The translations under genes and the position numbers were made by a program. Positions 1-64,000 of a stretch of DNA of 64,000 nt are shown here, one piece after another. The notes below the pieces were generated by a model. It saw only the letters and a list, made by a program, of their open reading frames with translations, did no database searches and was not told where the DNA came from. The stretch covers positions 50,406,001 to 50,470,000 of the forward strand of contig JAGIQG010000016.1 of assembly GCA_024679065.1 (NCBI GenBank). Reading direction: 5' to 3'. Origin of the DNA: Sphyrna mokarran (lineage: Eukaryota). Within the stretch, counting starts at the first letter, position 1. Each line of letters begins with the position of its first letter.

Positions 1-2419
1 TTGGAATTCCTGCAGGGGGGGAAGGGGAGAGGTGGGTATAGCCAGAAAATCCCACCCATTGTTTTTGTCCTCAGCGCTCTCATTAAATTTGGTATTAATT
101 CCCAATTCAAATCTGATCCAGAACTGATTGTCAAGGAATGTTGTGTTAACCTTAGTTACAAGTTATAAACAGATATGCACATTAACAGATGACGCGTAAG
201 TGAGAAGTCTGGTGCTACTGCTGTTCAAGGCTTTTCTCATGAAAGCTTGACATCATCTGCCATCTGTCAACTACAACTGATGAATGCGTTAAAACTATTT
301 TGATTGACCTGAAGATCTCCCTTTCATAACTCAAGGCTTTTTGCATTTGTGCTTTAATAAGCCACAGAGATGAGTAAGGCAAATGTACTGAAATCTCTGA
401 TTTATTGTATAAATTAGACTTTACAATTTTTGATGTTGAATTTCCACATGTAAGTAAGCATAACAAGAAACCATTGGGACTAAATATTAAGAGATTTTGT
501 CAAGAAGTATTGTTCCAATTATGTAGGTTACAAAAGCCACAGAGCCAGAATTTTTGGCTTAAACAGCTAGTAAATCAAGTGTGACTACTAATCAAGGTTT
601 CTTTCAAGAGACAACTTCTTTTAAGAAGGCATGTGGCCACAAAACATGGTGAGATTTAACATGTCGTGCCTTCACCTAATGGGGTGTTGGTTTACGCCTG
701 AATTTCTGTGCGAGATGATAAGTGTAGCCCTCCCTGCAAATGTTGACAATAATTTTGCATTCAAGTGTGCTGAAATATGGTCAGTGATATCAAATGTTGT
801 AATTTGGAATGAGTTTTTGCAGTCAGCAGCATTTTATTATCTTTGGCATCACATTTGACCAAATAGCAAAAGGTGCTCAAAGGCATCAAGTGTGCTCAAA
901 GCTATTGATTATACTCAAAATAATCAAATCACTCAAAAATGGAGAATATGCCTAGCCATCTGTATTGTAAAATACAAAAGAATTAATTACTTAAAATAAT
1001 ATCTTGTTATTCAGTTTTTTATTTAGAAACATAGAAATATAGATACTAAGAGGAGTAGGCCGTTCGGCCCTTTTAGTCTGCTCCATCATTGATCTTGTTC
1101 ATGGCTGATCATCGAATGTAATAGTCTTTCCATGGCACAGTATGTGCTTGAGAGCATCACCACACTCAGGGCCCAGGAAAGAAGGCCAGAAGGGAAGCTA
1201 TGTGGATGATACCAAATGCTAGGGCCCAGAGTTAGGGAGAAGAGGTGTCTAGGCTTGCTGCACTAAACAGAATTTCTTGTTTTCTCCCACCTGAGCAGCC
1301 AGAGGCAGTGCTCTATAACTGAAAGACTGGCTTTAAAGAACTTCTGAACCTTCAGGCGGGGTTTCCAATGTTTTTATAAAGGTAGTCTGTCAGTTTTAGG
1401 CCATTCATACTGAGCTGCTGAACTGTTGCTTCCAACCTTAAAGCAGCTCGTTGGCCTGATCTTTTTGAAAAGCCTGCTAAAAAAAGACCTGCAAAACTGT
1501 CTGAAGGTTGGAAACATCTGTGCAGCAATTCAAAGAGTTCTTGCTTGAAAGATGGCGAGTCAAATTTTAGGGTCTATTTTTAGAGCAGGAGAAAGTCTTC
1601 CACTTCTTCTACAGAATGGAAACAATCACATGCAAGTATTGAATCCTGTTTCCAAATATGAATTCACTGTCATCGTGTTCATATCGTGCAATGTGCATAA
1701 CATGTTAATGAGATCTGAAGCAGCCACTAAAATCAAAGTTATCATTTACACCGTATTATAAATAACCAATGAGATATTTTTCAATTCAGATTTATAATAT
1801 TGCGTGGTGCCAATACAATAAAATTTGTACTGTCTGGTTTGTTTAATAGTCGCAGTGGGATGACTTATAGGACACACACAAACTGACACTGCGTTATACT
1901 GTTGCTGCTCTAATATTAATGACTCATGTTGCATATGTATCAGATGATATTTATAACCAGATGCTAACAGTTTATGTCATCATTTCACTGGGACTTACTG
2001 TGATTACTGGATTGATATGTGAATCTTGAAAGGTGTAAAATATCATGCATCATTGAGAATTTAAAGGTGGAGTGGGGGGGGGGGGGGCTAGGTGGTGAGT
2101 GAGGAGACCAGAAGGGTGAAAAGCATCACACCCATAATTTCTCTTCCTGACCTTGACGAGATCCCCAAAAAATTAATTCATTTTCGTCTCAAGGTCTATA
2201 CATCACACTCCTCTACTGTTCCACTCCCCGGCAGTCTGACAGTCTAAACTGTCTCCTCTCGCATCCTCCCCCCCCACCCCCCGCCCGCCTCACCCCTCCC
2301 CGTTTCAGAGTCTAGGTTCTCTTTCCTCTCTCTCTCCCATCAGTCTTCAAACTCTCTCCTTTTCTCTTCCTCCACATCCATGGACATACAGTCTGCCTAT
2401 TTTAGCTAAATGAAATAAG

Positions 2420-2710
2420 TGACAGCCATTTGCTGGTTCATTCCTCAGGGTAATGTGTAGACCAATCAGAATTAATTTGCCTGATTTGAAATTACAAACA
2501 ATATTTTGCAATTAACTGTGAGTCACTTTAACTGGTGCAATTTTCATGACACCGCCAACCAATCTGCACTCTTTTATCATATAGTTATAGCTTCCTTTAC
2601 ATTTGGTATTATTGCGAATTCTCCTGATATATGCAAAACAAAAAAACTTTGACAAAAGATGTCTCATTTTTTTCAACAATACTCAAGTTCTATACTATCA
2701 AATGACTGTG
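2420..2710 (+). mobile_element. Old repeat, possibly Penelope-related, with a strongly decayed hammerhead-like remnant near 2619-2655
   Basis: ttctcCTGATatatgcaaaacaaaaaaactttgacaa resembles an eroded stem I-core-stem II-GAAA-palindrome layout. The family assignment is from recall only. Confidence 0.3.
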
Positions 2711-3777
2711 GGTTTTGCGTGTTAGTGTATTAGTACCTTCTATATTTTCCAGAGCAATAGGGTGAATAAATGAATCCTTATCTTTTTTAAATATAAATGC
2801 TTCTTTTCTGGGTGATTTTAAATTACATTTCTCATTCCACAAGTGGGATTTTTATCACCTTGCTTGGGCAAAGCTCGTAAAATCCCGCCTGAGGCCAACA
2901 GGGAATCCTGTTCTGCGAGTCTCACCCATCCTGGAATCAGTAAAGCAATAAAATTCCAGCCAATGACTAATAACAGACAAATACATTGTTACAGGTAACA
3001 TTGAGGAAACATCTTTAAAATGTCCATGACAAAATTTATAAAATCTAGCCATACACATACATGTAAGATACCATTGGTATTTTGTTGATGTATGGAGTTT
3101 TATAAAGTTATAAATTGCTGTTAACAGATGCTAAATGCATTTGTTTGTTCTTTTAATACAACCATTAATACATTAAGCATGATAAAGACATTGTCCTTTT
3201 AGAAAAGCACCAGAGACATGCCATACGAACGTGTTGAACTTTGATTTGTCACTAACAGTAATCTCTGACCTATATAGTTTTTGTATCTTTGGCATTTCCT
3301 GGGCTGAAGCATGAACCTAAAGCAGATGGCCCATTCTGGGTTTTTGTTATTGATTAGCTGAAGATTCTGAGTTAAGCTCACATTAGAGGACATTTGCTTC
3401 AAAAGTGGCCATACTCCGAATTTATGGAAATTGGCAGGCAACATATTGATCTGTCTAAATTACAAACTGCCCTGCATATTTTCATATCATTTGTAAATTT
3501 GCAACTTGTTTTATTCATCCCCTTATCCTATTCGTTTGAGAAGATAATGGATAATAGTAGTTTTAACACAGCGCATTATAGAATGCCATTTGTAATCTTT
3601 CTGCATTCAAGTCTGTTGCATTTAACGACAACCTACTGCCTACAATATTTCACCCTGTAACCTATTCAGAAGAATATTTGTTTAACAATGTAATGAGATC
3701 GATGGTGGAACTTCCCAATTCTGCAACTAAGCTTTGGTAGGATTCCCAGAAAAATGTTACAATCTTTCACTGAAAGT

Positions 3778-4060
3778 TGTGGGGCATAGGTTTAAGGTAT
3801 AAGGAGCAAGTTTAAAGGAGATTTTCGAGGCAAGTTTTTTTACACAGAGGATGCCTGAAACTCACTGCCAGAAGAGGCAGTGGAAACGAATAAGATAATG
3901 CCTTTTAAGGGGTGTTTGGACAAATGCATGAATAGGACGGGAATAGAAGGACATGGTCCCCAGAAGGGTGAGGGGTTTTAGTTCAGGTAGGTAGTATGTC
4001 GGTACAGGCTTGGAGGACCGAAGGGCCTTTTCCTGTGCTGTAATTTTCTTTGTTCTTTGT
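3778..4060 (+). mobile_element. CR1-clade LINE 3' end fragment
   Basis: ggggcataggtttaaggt...tttaaaggagattttcgaggcaagtttttttacacagagg (RGH..K...FFTQR motif); tail ggaccgaagggccttttcctgtgctgt. Confidence 0.8.
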
Positions 4061-4830
4061 GTGGTGACAGATTTTGAACTCCAACCACAAGCAATTCTAA
4101 ACGTAAATATTTGTAATAACCTTCCACTTGTCAATTTATCAAAAACTTCTTGAGCTCAAGGGGTAGAGCCACCGCACTGGGTGCAGTCATGAAATTGCGG
4201 CCAAAGTACACTTGAAACGACACTGCTTAGGTTACAGTGCAAGTATGCATTAAAATTTATTTACATAATCACAAACATTCCTGCAGCCATCAAATAATGT
4301 AATAACACAGAACTTTTCTTCCATTAAGAAGTAATATTGATGTATGTAAGAGGATGTGTGTAGAGCATGAACACAGCTAAAATGGGTTTGTCACTAAAAA
4401 TAAACATTTTTAAGAAAGATGTCAGTTCTCTGCTCATCAGTGACCTGATTTCAAATCACTGAAGATGACTTAAAAAAAACTATACTAATTTAATTGGCAC
4501 ACACTAGACACTTTATTTATAAATTAATTATTTTTTAAAATGAGAATACTTCTAAAACCCTCTCACCAGTGCCTGTAAAATGAACAAAATTTGAAGAGCC
4601 TTCCTGAACCAGTACAATCAGTGAGATTTTAACATGGACACATGATAAGCCCTTGTGGACATAAACTAGTAAATTGACATAAACTAGTAAAACAAGGTTG
4701 GAAACTTGCACTAAATTAATTTGAATGCAATTCATTTATGTTCAAAATTCTCCAATTTTTGCACTGCTTCAGCTGATTCCTCCTGAGTCGAACAAATATT
4801 ATTCATGAAAACCTTCACCGAAGATATATA

Positions 4831-5718
4831 GGCTGGGATTCTCCCAAAACAATTCTAAGTCCCAAAGTGTGGGAAAATGGGAGTAAATGCTGCTAGTTTT
4901 CTTAGCATGATTTGCGGAATGGATCTCCGGCACTTTGAGCATCACGGAATGTCTGAGCCTGATTCACTCTGAAAGTCAGGGGATGAAGCCTATCGGAAAG
5001 GTTGACAGCATAGCACTGAGCGAGCCACTGTGAATGCACCAATCTGTCAGTGTGGAAATGGATGCATGTGCAATAGCCTCTCCTGTCCCCTGCCCCAACA
5101 TTACTAGTCTCCTAATCACTGGCCTGCCCCCCCATCCCCCTGGGTCAGCCCCCATCCCAGCCAGTCCTGATCTCCTTGAACCCCCACCCCCAGATACTCC
5201 TCATCTCCCCCCACCATCGACAGTCTTGACTCCCCTAGCATAGCGATGACCAAACCTCACCCCCAGACAGCCCCAAACCCCCATCCTCATGCTAATGGCC
5301 AGCCCTGATTGCCATTCTTCCCAGGGCCAGGCTGGTACTGCTAGGGTGGCACTGCCCAAGGATCACCCAATTATCCTGGACCTCTAAAGGTGGTGGGGCC
5401 TTCATGGTTTCTCTTTCCTCCAGTGGGGTCAAGTCGCTTATTTTACTTCAGTGGGGAACAGGAGTAGATCCTACTGGAGGTTGGTGGGAGGTATTTGCAG
5501 GCCTGGAGAATTGTCCCAGGTCCACTAATCAGATGCAAGTAGGGATTTCCATATTGTAATCCACTCCATGCCATTTTCTGGCATGGAGCTAATTACTGTG
5601 GAAAGTTTGGTAGCAGTGACAATGATGCCCAGTGGGAAGCTTGGGACATGGCTGCCACCTATATTTCCCCACCCGCTGTGCTACTAGACAGAGCAGTGGG
5701 CTGGGAGGATCATTCCCA
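4831..5718 (+). mobile_element. MITE-like non-autonomous DNA transposon (Harbinger-type TIRs)
   Basis: Imperfect TIRs ggctgggattctccca / tgggaggatcattccc. The 5' 170 bp aligns by eye to the reverse complement of 56830-57005. Confidence 0.6.
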
Positions 5719-5973
5719 TCATGTCAATCCATTTTATTATACAAGGTACCTAGAAATCTCTCAGCCTGTTCAATGGCATTTCTGATTTGGAGGCCAGTTA
5801 GGCGGGTTTGAAACAGACACAAAGTGGATCACCTCTGGGAGTGCCAGACCCTGGCAGTGGGTGACAATACCAGCAAGGTCGCTGTGCCACCATGTTGTGA
5901 TTGACATATGTGTACTAGGTTAACTATCGAATCTCAGTTACATTGTTTTAATTAGTTGATAAATAGAAGATTT

Positions 5974-6284
5974 GGGTGGCATAGTGATTAGCACTGCTGC
6001 CTCACAGTGTCAGAGATCTGGTTTCAAATTCTAGCCATAGGTCACAGTCTGTGTGGAATTTGCATATTCTCTCTGTGTCTGTATTGGCTTCCTCCGGGTG
6101 CTCCAGTTCCTCCCAGGGTCCAAATATATGTGGGTTAGGTTAATTGGCTGTGGTAAATTGCCTCTTGGTGTCAAGGGGACTAAGCAGAGTAACTACATGA
6201 GGTTACGGGAATAGGGTGTGATTGTGGTTGGTGCGGGCTCGATAGGCTGAATGGCCTTCTTCAGCACTGTAGGGCTTCTACATG
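5974..6284 (+). mobile_element. HE1/V-type tRNA-derived SINE with CR1-like tail (tail A)
   Basis: tRNA-like head (gattagcactgctgcctcacag...ggtttcaaattc), central gtttcctccgggtgctccagtt-type block, tail ggctgaatggccttcttcagcactgtaggg. Confidence 0.85.
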
Positions 6285-7290
6285 CAAAAAGTGGTAGTTA
6301 AGAGCCATGTTCACATTCTTGATGTAAATAAGTCTGTATTGAAAGTTAATGGAGTCAGTTTGTAATTAAAGCTACTTCAGTTCTGCTTACAAATAACCTA
6401 TATTTATACAGGCCATTTAGCATTTACTGAAGGTATTAGCATCAACACGTCTGCCAGAAGGGGGGTGAGGACTGTAATAAATGGATCTATCTGTTTGATC
6501 ACCGTATTACTAACTTTTCTGTATGTTCAAGCTGTCAAGATAGCTCTTTGTTATGTCCTGAGAACCTATATGGAGCTTTCGGCTGTTGACATCAAATCTA
6601 TTTAATGAAAGTACTGGAATTAAGCAAGATCACACTTCCTCCATGAGCTAATGGCCTTTAGTTGAGAGTCAAATTGCATACCAGTATCTTAGAAAATAGG
6701 TAAAAAGCAGGTCGCCCACCCTGCTGTTACTGAGCTCATCAACAATAATGTGAGGTCTCCCACAACCTTTGCGTCCCATATCGATTGTATGTACCTGTCA
6801 TATCCTGTAATAAGCCTATATAGGTTCTGTGCTACGAGTGTCACAAAGACAAGAGCTATAAATTTGCCTCTGGCAGCAAATGCAATTGAACATGTGAAGC
6901 ACCGAGGACAATAATTTTATTGCAGTGGAAAACTTTAAAACAAAGGGAAAAACATTCCTTAATAATGAGTAATTCTTACGTAACTCAACTTCGATGCAAA
7001 GTCAGCGACTTGAATCAAATCAGAGACAATTAATCCTATTGCTTCTGATATGTAACTTGAAAGTAATAAGGATTTTCCAATATCCAAAGCTTCTTGGTTA
7101 AATAAGGTTTGATCTATGCCAAGGTTTTTTGGGTTTTTATTTAGATAGCTTAAATACCACTGCAGCTTTTGAAATTACCATTTTGAAATGTCTGAAATGT
7201 TTTTTTGGTTGCATTGAAGTATCAGAGTTCGATATGATCTATGTAGAAAACTTGAATATTATTGCACTTTCTATAATGGCAATTTTGAAA

Positions 7291-8227
7291 TGCGACCAGA
7301 TCAGAAACTCCAGGGTATATCATGAAGTTAGACTTAACTATTTTAGATTTCAGCATTAGTGTGAGCACAAGGTGTTTCACTCCAGGTGTGATTCTATTGA
7401 TAAAGAAGCTTATATGAAAACGAACTTTATTTAACAATGATGTGGAGATGCTGGTGTTGAACTGGGGTGGAAACAGTAAGAAGTTTCACAATATCAGGTT
7501 AAAGTCCAACAGGTTTATTTGAAAATCATCAGCTTTTGGAGCACTGCTCCTTAATCAGGTGAATCACCTGATGAAGGAGCAGTGCTCCAAAAGCTCATGA
7601 CTCGAAAATAAACCTGTTAGATTTTAACCTGGTGTTCTGAGACTTCTTACTTTGTTTAACAATAATTTGACTATAACAAATTAGTGTAAGTTTTACCAAT
7701 TGAAATACTTAAACAAGAGATAATTCTTTACTGCCAGCTATCTCTATTAGTTTGAATTTAAGCAATATTCTTCATAGCTGTAAACTCCTCTTCAAATCAG
7801 TTAGCAAAAACACACAGGCTTACATGGTTTTTAACATTTCTGAAGAGAGATATCTATTTCCTAGTGAGTCCCAGACTTCAATCTCCAGATAGAGAGAGGG
7901 AGAAATGCTATTGCTTCCTGCAAATTCAGACAACTGCCTGCTTTTCTGTCTGTAAACCTAGCTTTGTCTAGTCATATGACTCAATTTCTTGTCATTCAAT
8001 CTAATTAAACCAATTGAAACTCTTGGGGAAAACCTAAAAAAATAACAAAACTGCATTAGGTCAGATTAAAACACCCCAATAATCAGAAAAAAGTTATTCT
8101 TTTACAGGCTCAGTATGTGGATTGCCAGTTGCAGACAAATTAGCAATGATCAGGCTTGAAGTTTAAATCATTTCCTTCACAAGAAACATGACACAAATAC
8201 ATTTCTTAAAAACACAATACCGTCACA
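7291..8227. mobile_element. Solo-LTR-like repeat, interrupted by the palindromic insertion at 7438-7650
   Basis: 7291-7437 aligns to the reverse complement of 17630-17779 (accagatcagaaactcc...atgaagttag...aaggtgtttcact); TG...CA-type ends; no clear TSD. Confidence 0.5.
7438..7650. mobile_element. Palindromic non-autonomous Penelope-type insertion with degenerate hammerhead motifs on both strands
   Basis: Inverted arms span 7475-7651, centred near 7563. CTGATGA-aGGAGC-agt-GCTCC-aAAAGCTC lies at 7568-7596. Flanking direct repeat actttatttaacaat (7424-7438) / actttgtttaacaat (7649-7663). Confidence 0.75.
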
Positions 8228-8980
8228 AATGTTTGCAATGTTCTTTCAGATATTTTATGAGTAAAGTATTTATTTGCAAAAAAATTGGTTTCAAAGGGAC
8301 ACTTTTATGTTTAAGCAGCCAAACAATTAATCATGGATTTTAAAAATTTGACTTAAAGCAATGGGAATTTCATCAAAATATAGAGAAGGCTTGAGTATAG
8401 GATATTTCAAAGTGTCAAAAGTATAACATTATGGAAAACAAAAATAATACAGTATGCAACTTTTTTGAGAAGTATATGTCAGATTTGCAAATTTTTGTGT
8501 CATACTTAGGAAAAACAGGAAAAAAACACAAGTATATCTTGTTCGTTTCTTTGGATTTTAGAGAGAGGCTTGGGACATTTATGCATCTATCAATTTATAA
8601 ATACAACTTGGTCTACCAAAAATACTTCCAATTGACCTCATGGTCACCCAAGAACAATCAGCCTTTAACTGATCTCACGATGCACTTATTATAGTAATTA
8701 GCTTTTCAAGGAACAGACTATCTTCCACACAAATCCAGGTTAAAGAATAATATTTGTTGTGTAACACAGTGCAATATTTCCATCTTTATTAATACCTTAT
8801 CTTCTGATTTACTGCAAATAAACCATGAAAGATCTATTGGTATATTTAAACTTTTTACATTTCTCGCATTAAAGTGACTGCCAATCTTTCAGCTTCCATC
8901 ATCAGCAGTAATTAAGTTCTACATGGCTTCAGATTATTGATGCTTTCAATTATTAAAAGCTATGGCCTTATAGGTGAGGT

Positions 8981-9280
8981 GGGGCAGTACAGTGGTACAG
9001 TGGTTAGCATTGCTGCTTCACAGCTCCAGCGATCTGGGTTCGATTCCTGGCTTGGGTCACTGTCTGTCTGAAGTCTGCGCATGCTCCCTGTGTCTGTGTG
9101 AGTTTCCTCTGGGTGCTCTGGTTTCCTTCCACATTCTAAAAGATGTGCTGCTTATGTGTATAGGCCACACTAAATTCTCCCTCAGTGTACCTGAACAGTG
9201 TGGTGGCCAGGGGATTTTCAAGTAACTTCATTACAGTGTTAATGTAAGCCTACTTGTGACACTAATAAATAAACTTAAAC
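8981..9280 (+). mobile_element. HE1/V-type SINE with alternative tail (tail B)
   Basis: Same head and core; tail ctaaattctccctcagtgtacc...gttaatgtaagcctacttgtgacactaataaataaact. Confidence 0.85.
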
Positions 9281-9939
9281 TCAACTGCAAACCAGTTACA
9301 GAAAAATACATTGTATGCTTCATTCTTTCATAAAGTAGTTATTATCTGCGGGTAGTTCAGTGTCTGAACTGTGAAATGCCATTGAGATACATCAGTAAAG
9401 ATGGAAATCATTGCTGAGTTCTCTATTTAAAGTAGGTCTAACTGCAGTAGCACAACCTCCTGACAAACAGGGCAAGGAGGCAGATTACAAATCCCTCCAG
9501 CCATAATGAGAACTGAACTACCATGCTGTTGGCACCAATTCTGATTCATATCAATTATCCAGTCAACTGAACCAAACAGCTCCCAAGGAGTCCAGGTTGC
9601 TGTAGCAGACATACACTTTTACACGCATGCTGTAACATGGACCTACAAATCCTGATGGTGGACGCTCAAATTTCTTCCGACCACATGGCTGGACTTCTCG
9701 TGCTCTTACCACTTACTATAGGCATATGTTGGAAGGATTTACAAGTTGATATTCAACCTGCTTGACCAGTCTTTTAACACATCTTTCTTGACTATCATGT
9801 CCTGGAGTGGGACTTGAACCCAGAGCTTCTGGGTCAGGGGCAAGGATGCTAACTATGATGTCACAGCATCTGCCAAAGATGGAAATAAATCAACATAAAA
9901 AGGTATTGTACTTGAAAACTGCATTAAGCTTCACAAGAT

Positions 9940-11317
9940 AACTCTTTTTATCAGCTTTGTTTTATTTCATTATGTAGGTGGAACAACAAGATGTACGTAT
10001 TTAACCAAGTAAACAGTAATTTTGTCTTTTAACATAGATACATACATTTGGATGCACAATCACAACAAAAATTGCACTAAAACAGTGTCTGAACAGTGCT
10101 TATTTCCGTAAATAATTACAATACTCAGCACTGCAACAAAGTTCAGCTTTCTTTTCGGATTTACAAACATCACTTATAAATTACATTTCTTTCGGTGAGG
10201 CAAAAGCGCCACTAATGCCCTGATCTCAAGTATTAATGACCTGAGACTTCAACAAATTCAAACACAGTTTAGTACCTGGAATGTGTTAAACTACAGTTGG
10301 ACTCCGGTACATTGTACAGAAGTCTGAAATTGCTCTCTCTTTTTGTATCTCTGCCCTATAAATAATGAGTGCTTTGCCCCAATGACTATTTTTAGTCCAC
10401 TAATAACTCCACTATTTTGGCCAGTGGAGGATTAATGCAATAGAGCCCCAGTATAACTCTGTATACCTGCTGCTGCTGCTGCAAAAAGGCTGTAAACATC
10501 CCTTATTAAAATTTCTGATCATTACATCCCTATTTGAAGCTGTTCAAATTATTCAGTGAGGAAGGCTTCTAAATGCGTTACTCTACAATACATTTAAGTT
10601 CGCAGACTATGCTGATTCCAAACTCAATGTCACATAACAGACACATTGACTTACAAAATAAATATACATCAATCACAAAAAATGGCTCTTAAGTATTACA
10701 GTAAGGACTCTTTAAATTAATTTGCTTAAATATCAAATAAATAGTAGTTAATACATAATTTTGCTTTAGCAGTGGTAAATGTCTGAAAAATATCTTCATG
10801 AATAGGAAAAAATATTAACAAAATCAAAACATTTTCTGAAAAATTATCAAAACATGTCAGTTATAAAATATTCTCACTCCACATAAAAAGGGAATAAATC
10901 ACATTAATAAAGTAATAAATAATACAATACAAAAATAACTTGACTTGTGTTAATTAAATTCATAAAAGCTTGTGCTGGAGTAGCATAAGGAATATTACGG
11001 CCTTCATGCATGCCAGAAGCTTGTGTTTTCTTTAAAAATTCTGTTTTATCTGGATTAAAAACAAAGCTAAATAAATAGACAAACGTTAAATAAATAGGTA
11101 GAGTCAACATACAGAATTCAGAATAGTTTACATATTTGCTTTCCAGATTCATCTTAAACGTTATTTTAAAATTTACACAATAAGATTACGGACTACTTGT
11201 TCTAAACAAGTGCAATTTCTATGTTCGTAATTGCTATAAATATTTCTAAATCAATATCAATCACAAATTTACTGTATTTACAGAGTAGGTGAACATTTCA
11301 TATACAATTTATTTTTT
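9940..11317 (-). other. MYT1: Probable MYT1 3'UTR (about 1.35 kb)
   Basis: AT-rich stretch with no recognisable repeats after the stop codon, ending near AATAAA; repeats resume below about 9870. The 3' end is inferred. Confidence 0.6.
9961..9966 (-). promoter_or_regulatory. Candidate polyadenylation signal AATAAA
   Basis: Plus-strand tttatt at 9961-9966, at the end of the repeat-free UTR block. Confidence 0.5.
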
Positions 11318-63972
<52,655 letters not shown>

Positions 63973-64000
63973 CTGAACAAGAAAAATGATCAATACTTTT

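Noticed and set aside
2065-2305. G-run and C-run tracts as a functional G-quadruplex or long stem
   Set aside because: Simple low-complexity homopolymers, frequent in this window's MITE-like repeats and error-prone in assembly.
4658-4691. 16-bp tandem duplication gacataaactagtaaa
   Set aside because: An ordinary slippage-type micro-duplication with no further structure.
5974-6050. tRNA-like sequences at SINE 5' ends
   Set aside because: They are degenerate A/B-box heads continuous with SINE bodies; no intact cloverleaf.
7475-7651. Long hairpin as a pre-miRNA or terminator
   Set aside because: Multiple dispersed copies, TSDs and hammerhead motifs point to a mobile element. Small-RNA production cannot be judged from sequence.
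8974-9225. Recurrent short ORFs of the type 'VVQWLALLPHS.RDLG.IPGLGH' (also 38673, 53449, 18831)
   Set aside because: They are translations of SINE copies, not a gene family.
1-9900. Neighbouring gene exons downstream of MYT1
   Set aside because: The short ORFs show no recognisable protein similarity and many overlap repeats. Small or non-coding exons cannot be excluded.

Overview
Vertebrate genomic DNA, almost certainly from an elasmobranch (shark), judged by its repeat families. The minus strand carries most of the myelin transcription factor 1 gene (MYT1). I traced 19 coding exons by hand from 63972 down to the stop at 11318, all with GT-AG boundaries and consistent phases (3382 nt, about 1126 codons). 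They encode seven CCHHC zinc fingers in a 1+2+4 layout, an acidic region, the MYT1 domain and the C-terminal coiled coil. The start codon lies beyond the right edge of the window. The 3'UTR runs to a likely poly(A) signal near 9961, and 1-9900 looks intergenic. The introns hold many decayed repeats: tRNA-derived HE1/V-type SINEs with two alternative tails, DeuSINE-like relics, CR1 and other LINE 3' fragments, PIF/Harbinger relics and MITEs, a Gypsy integrase relic and two solo-LTR-like copies. The most notable non-obvious signal is a set of short Penelope-type insertions. They have target-site duplications and minimal type-I hammerhead ribozyme motifs, some form long palindromes, and their 5' boundaries cluster just upstream of the ribozyme core. 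All calls come from reading the sequence; repeat-family names rest on recalled consensus features and were not checked by database search.
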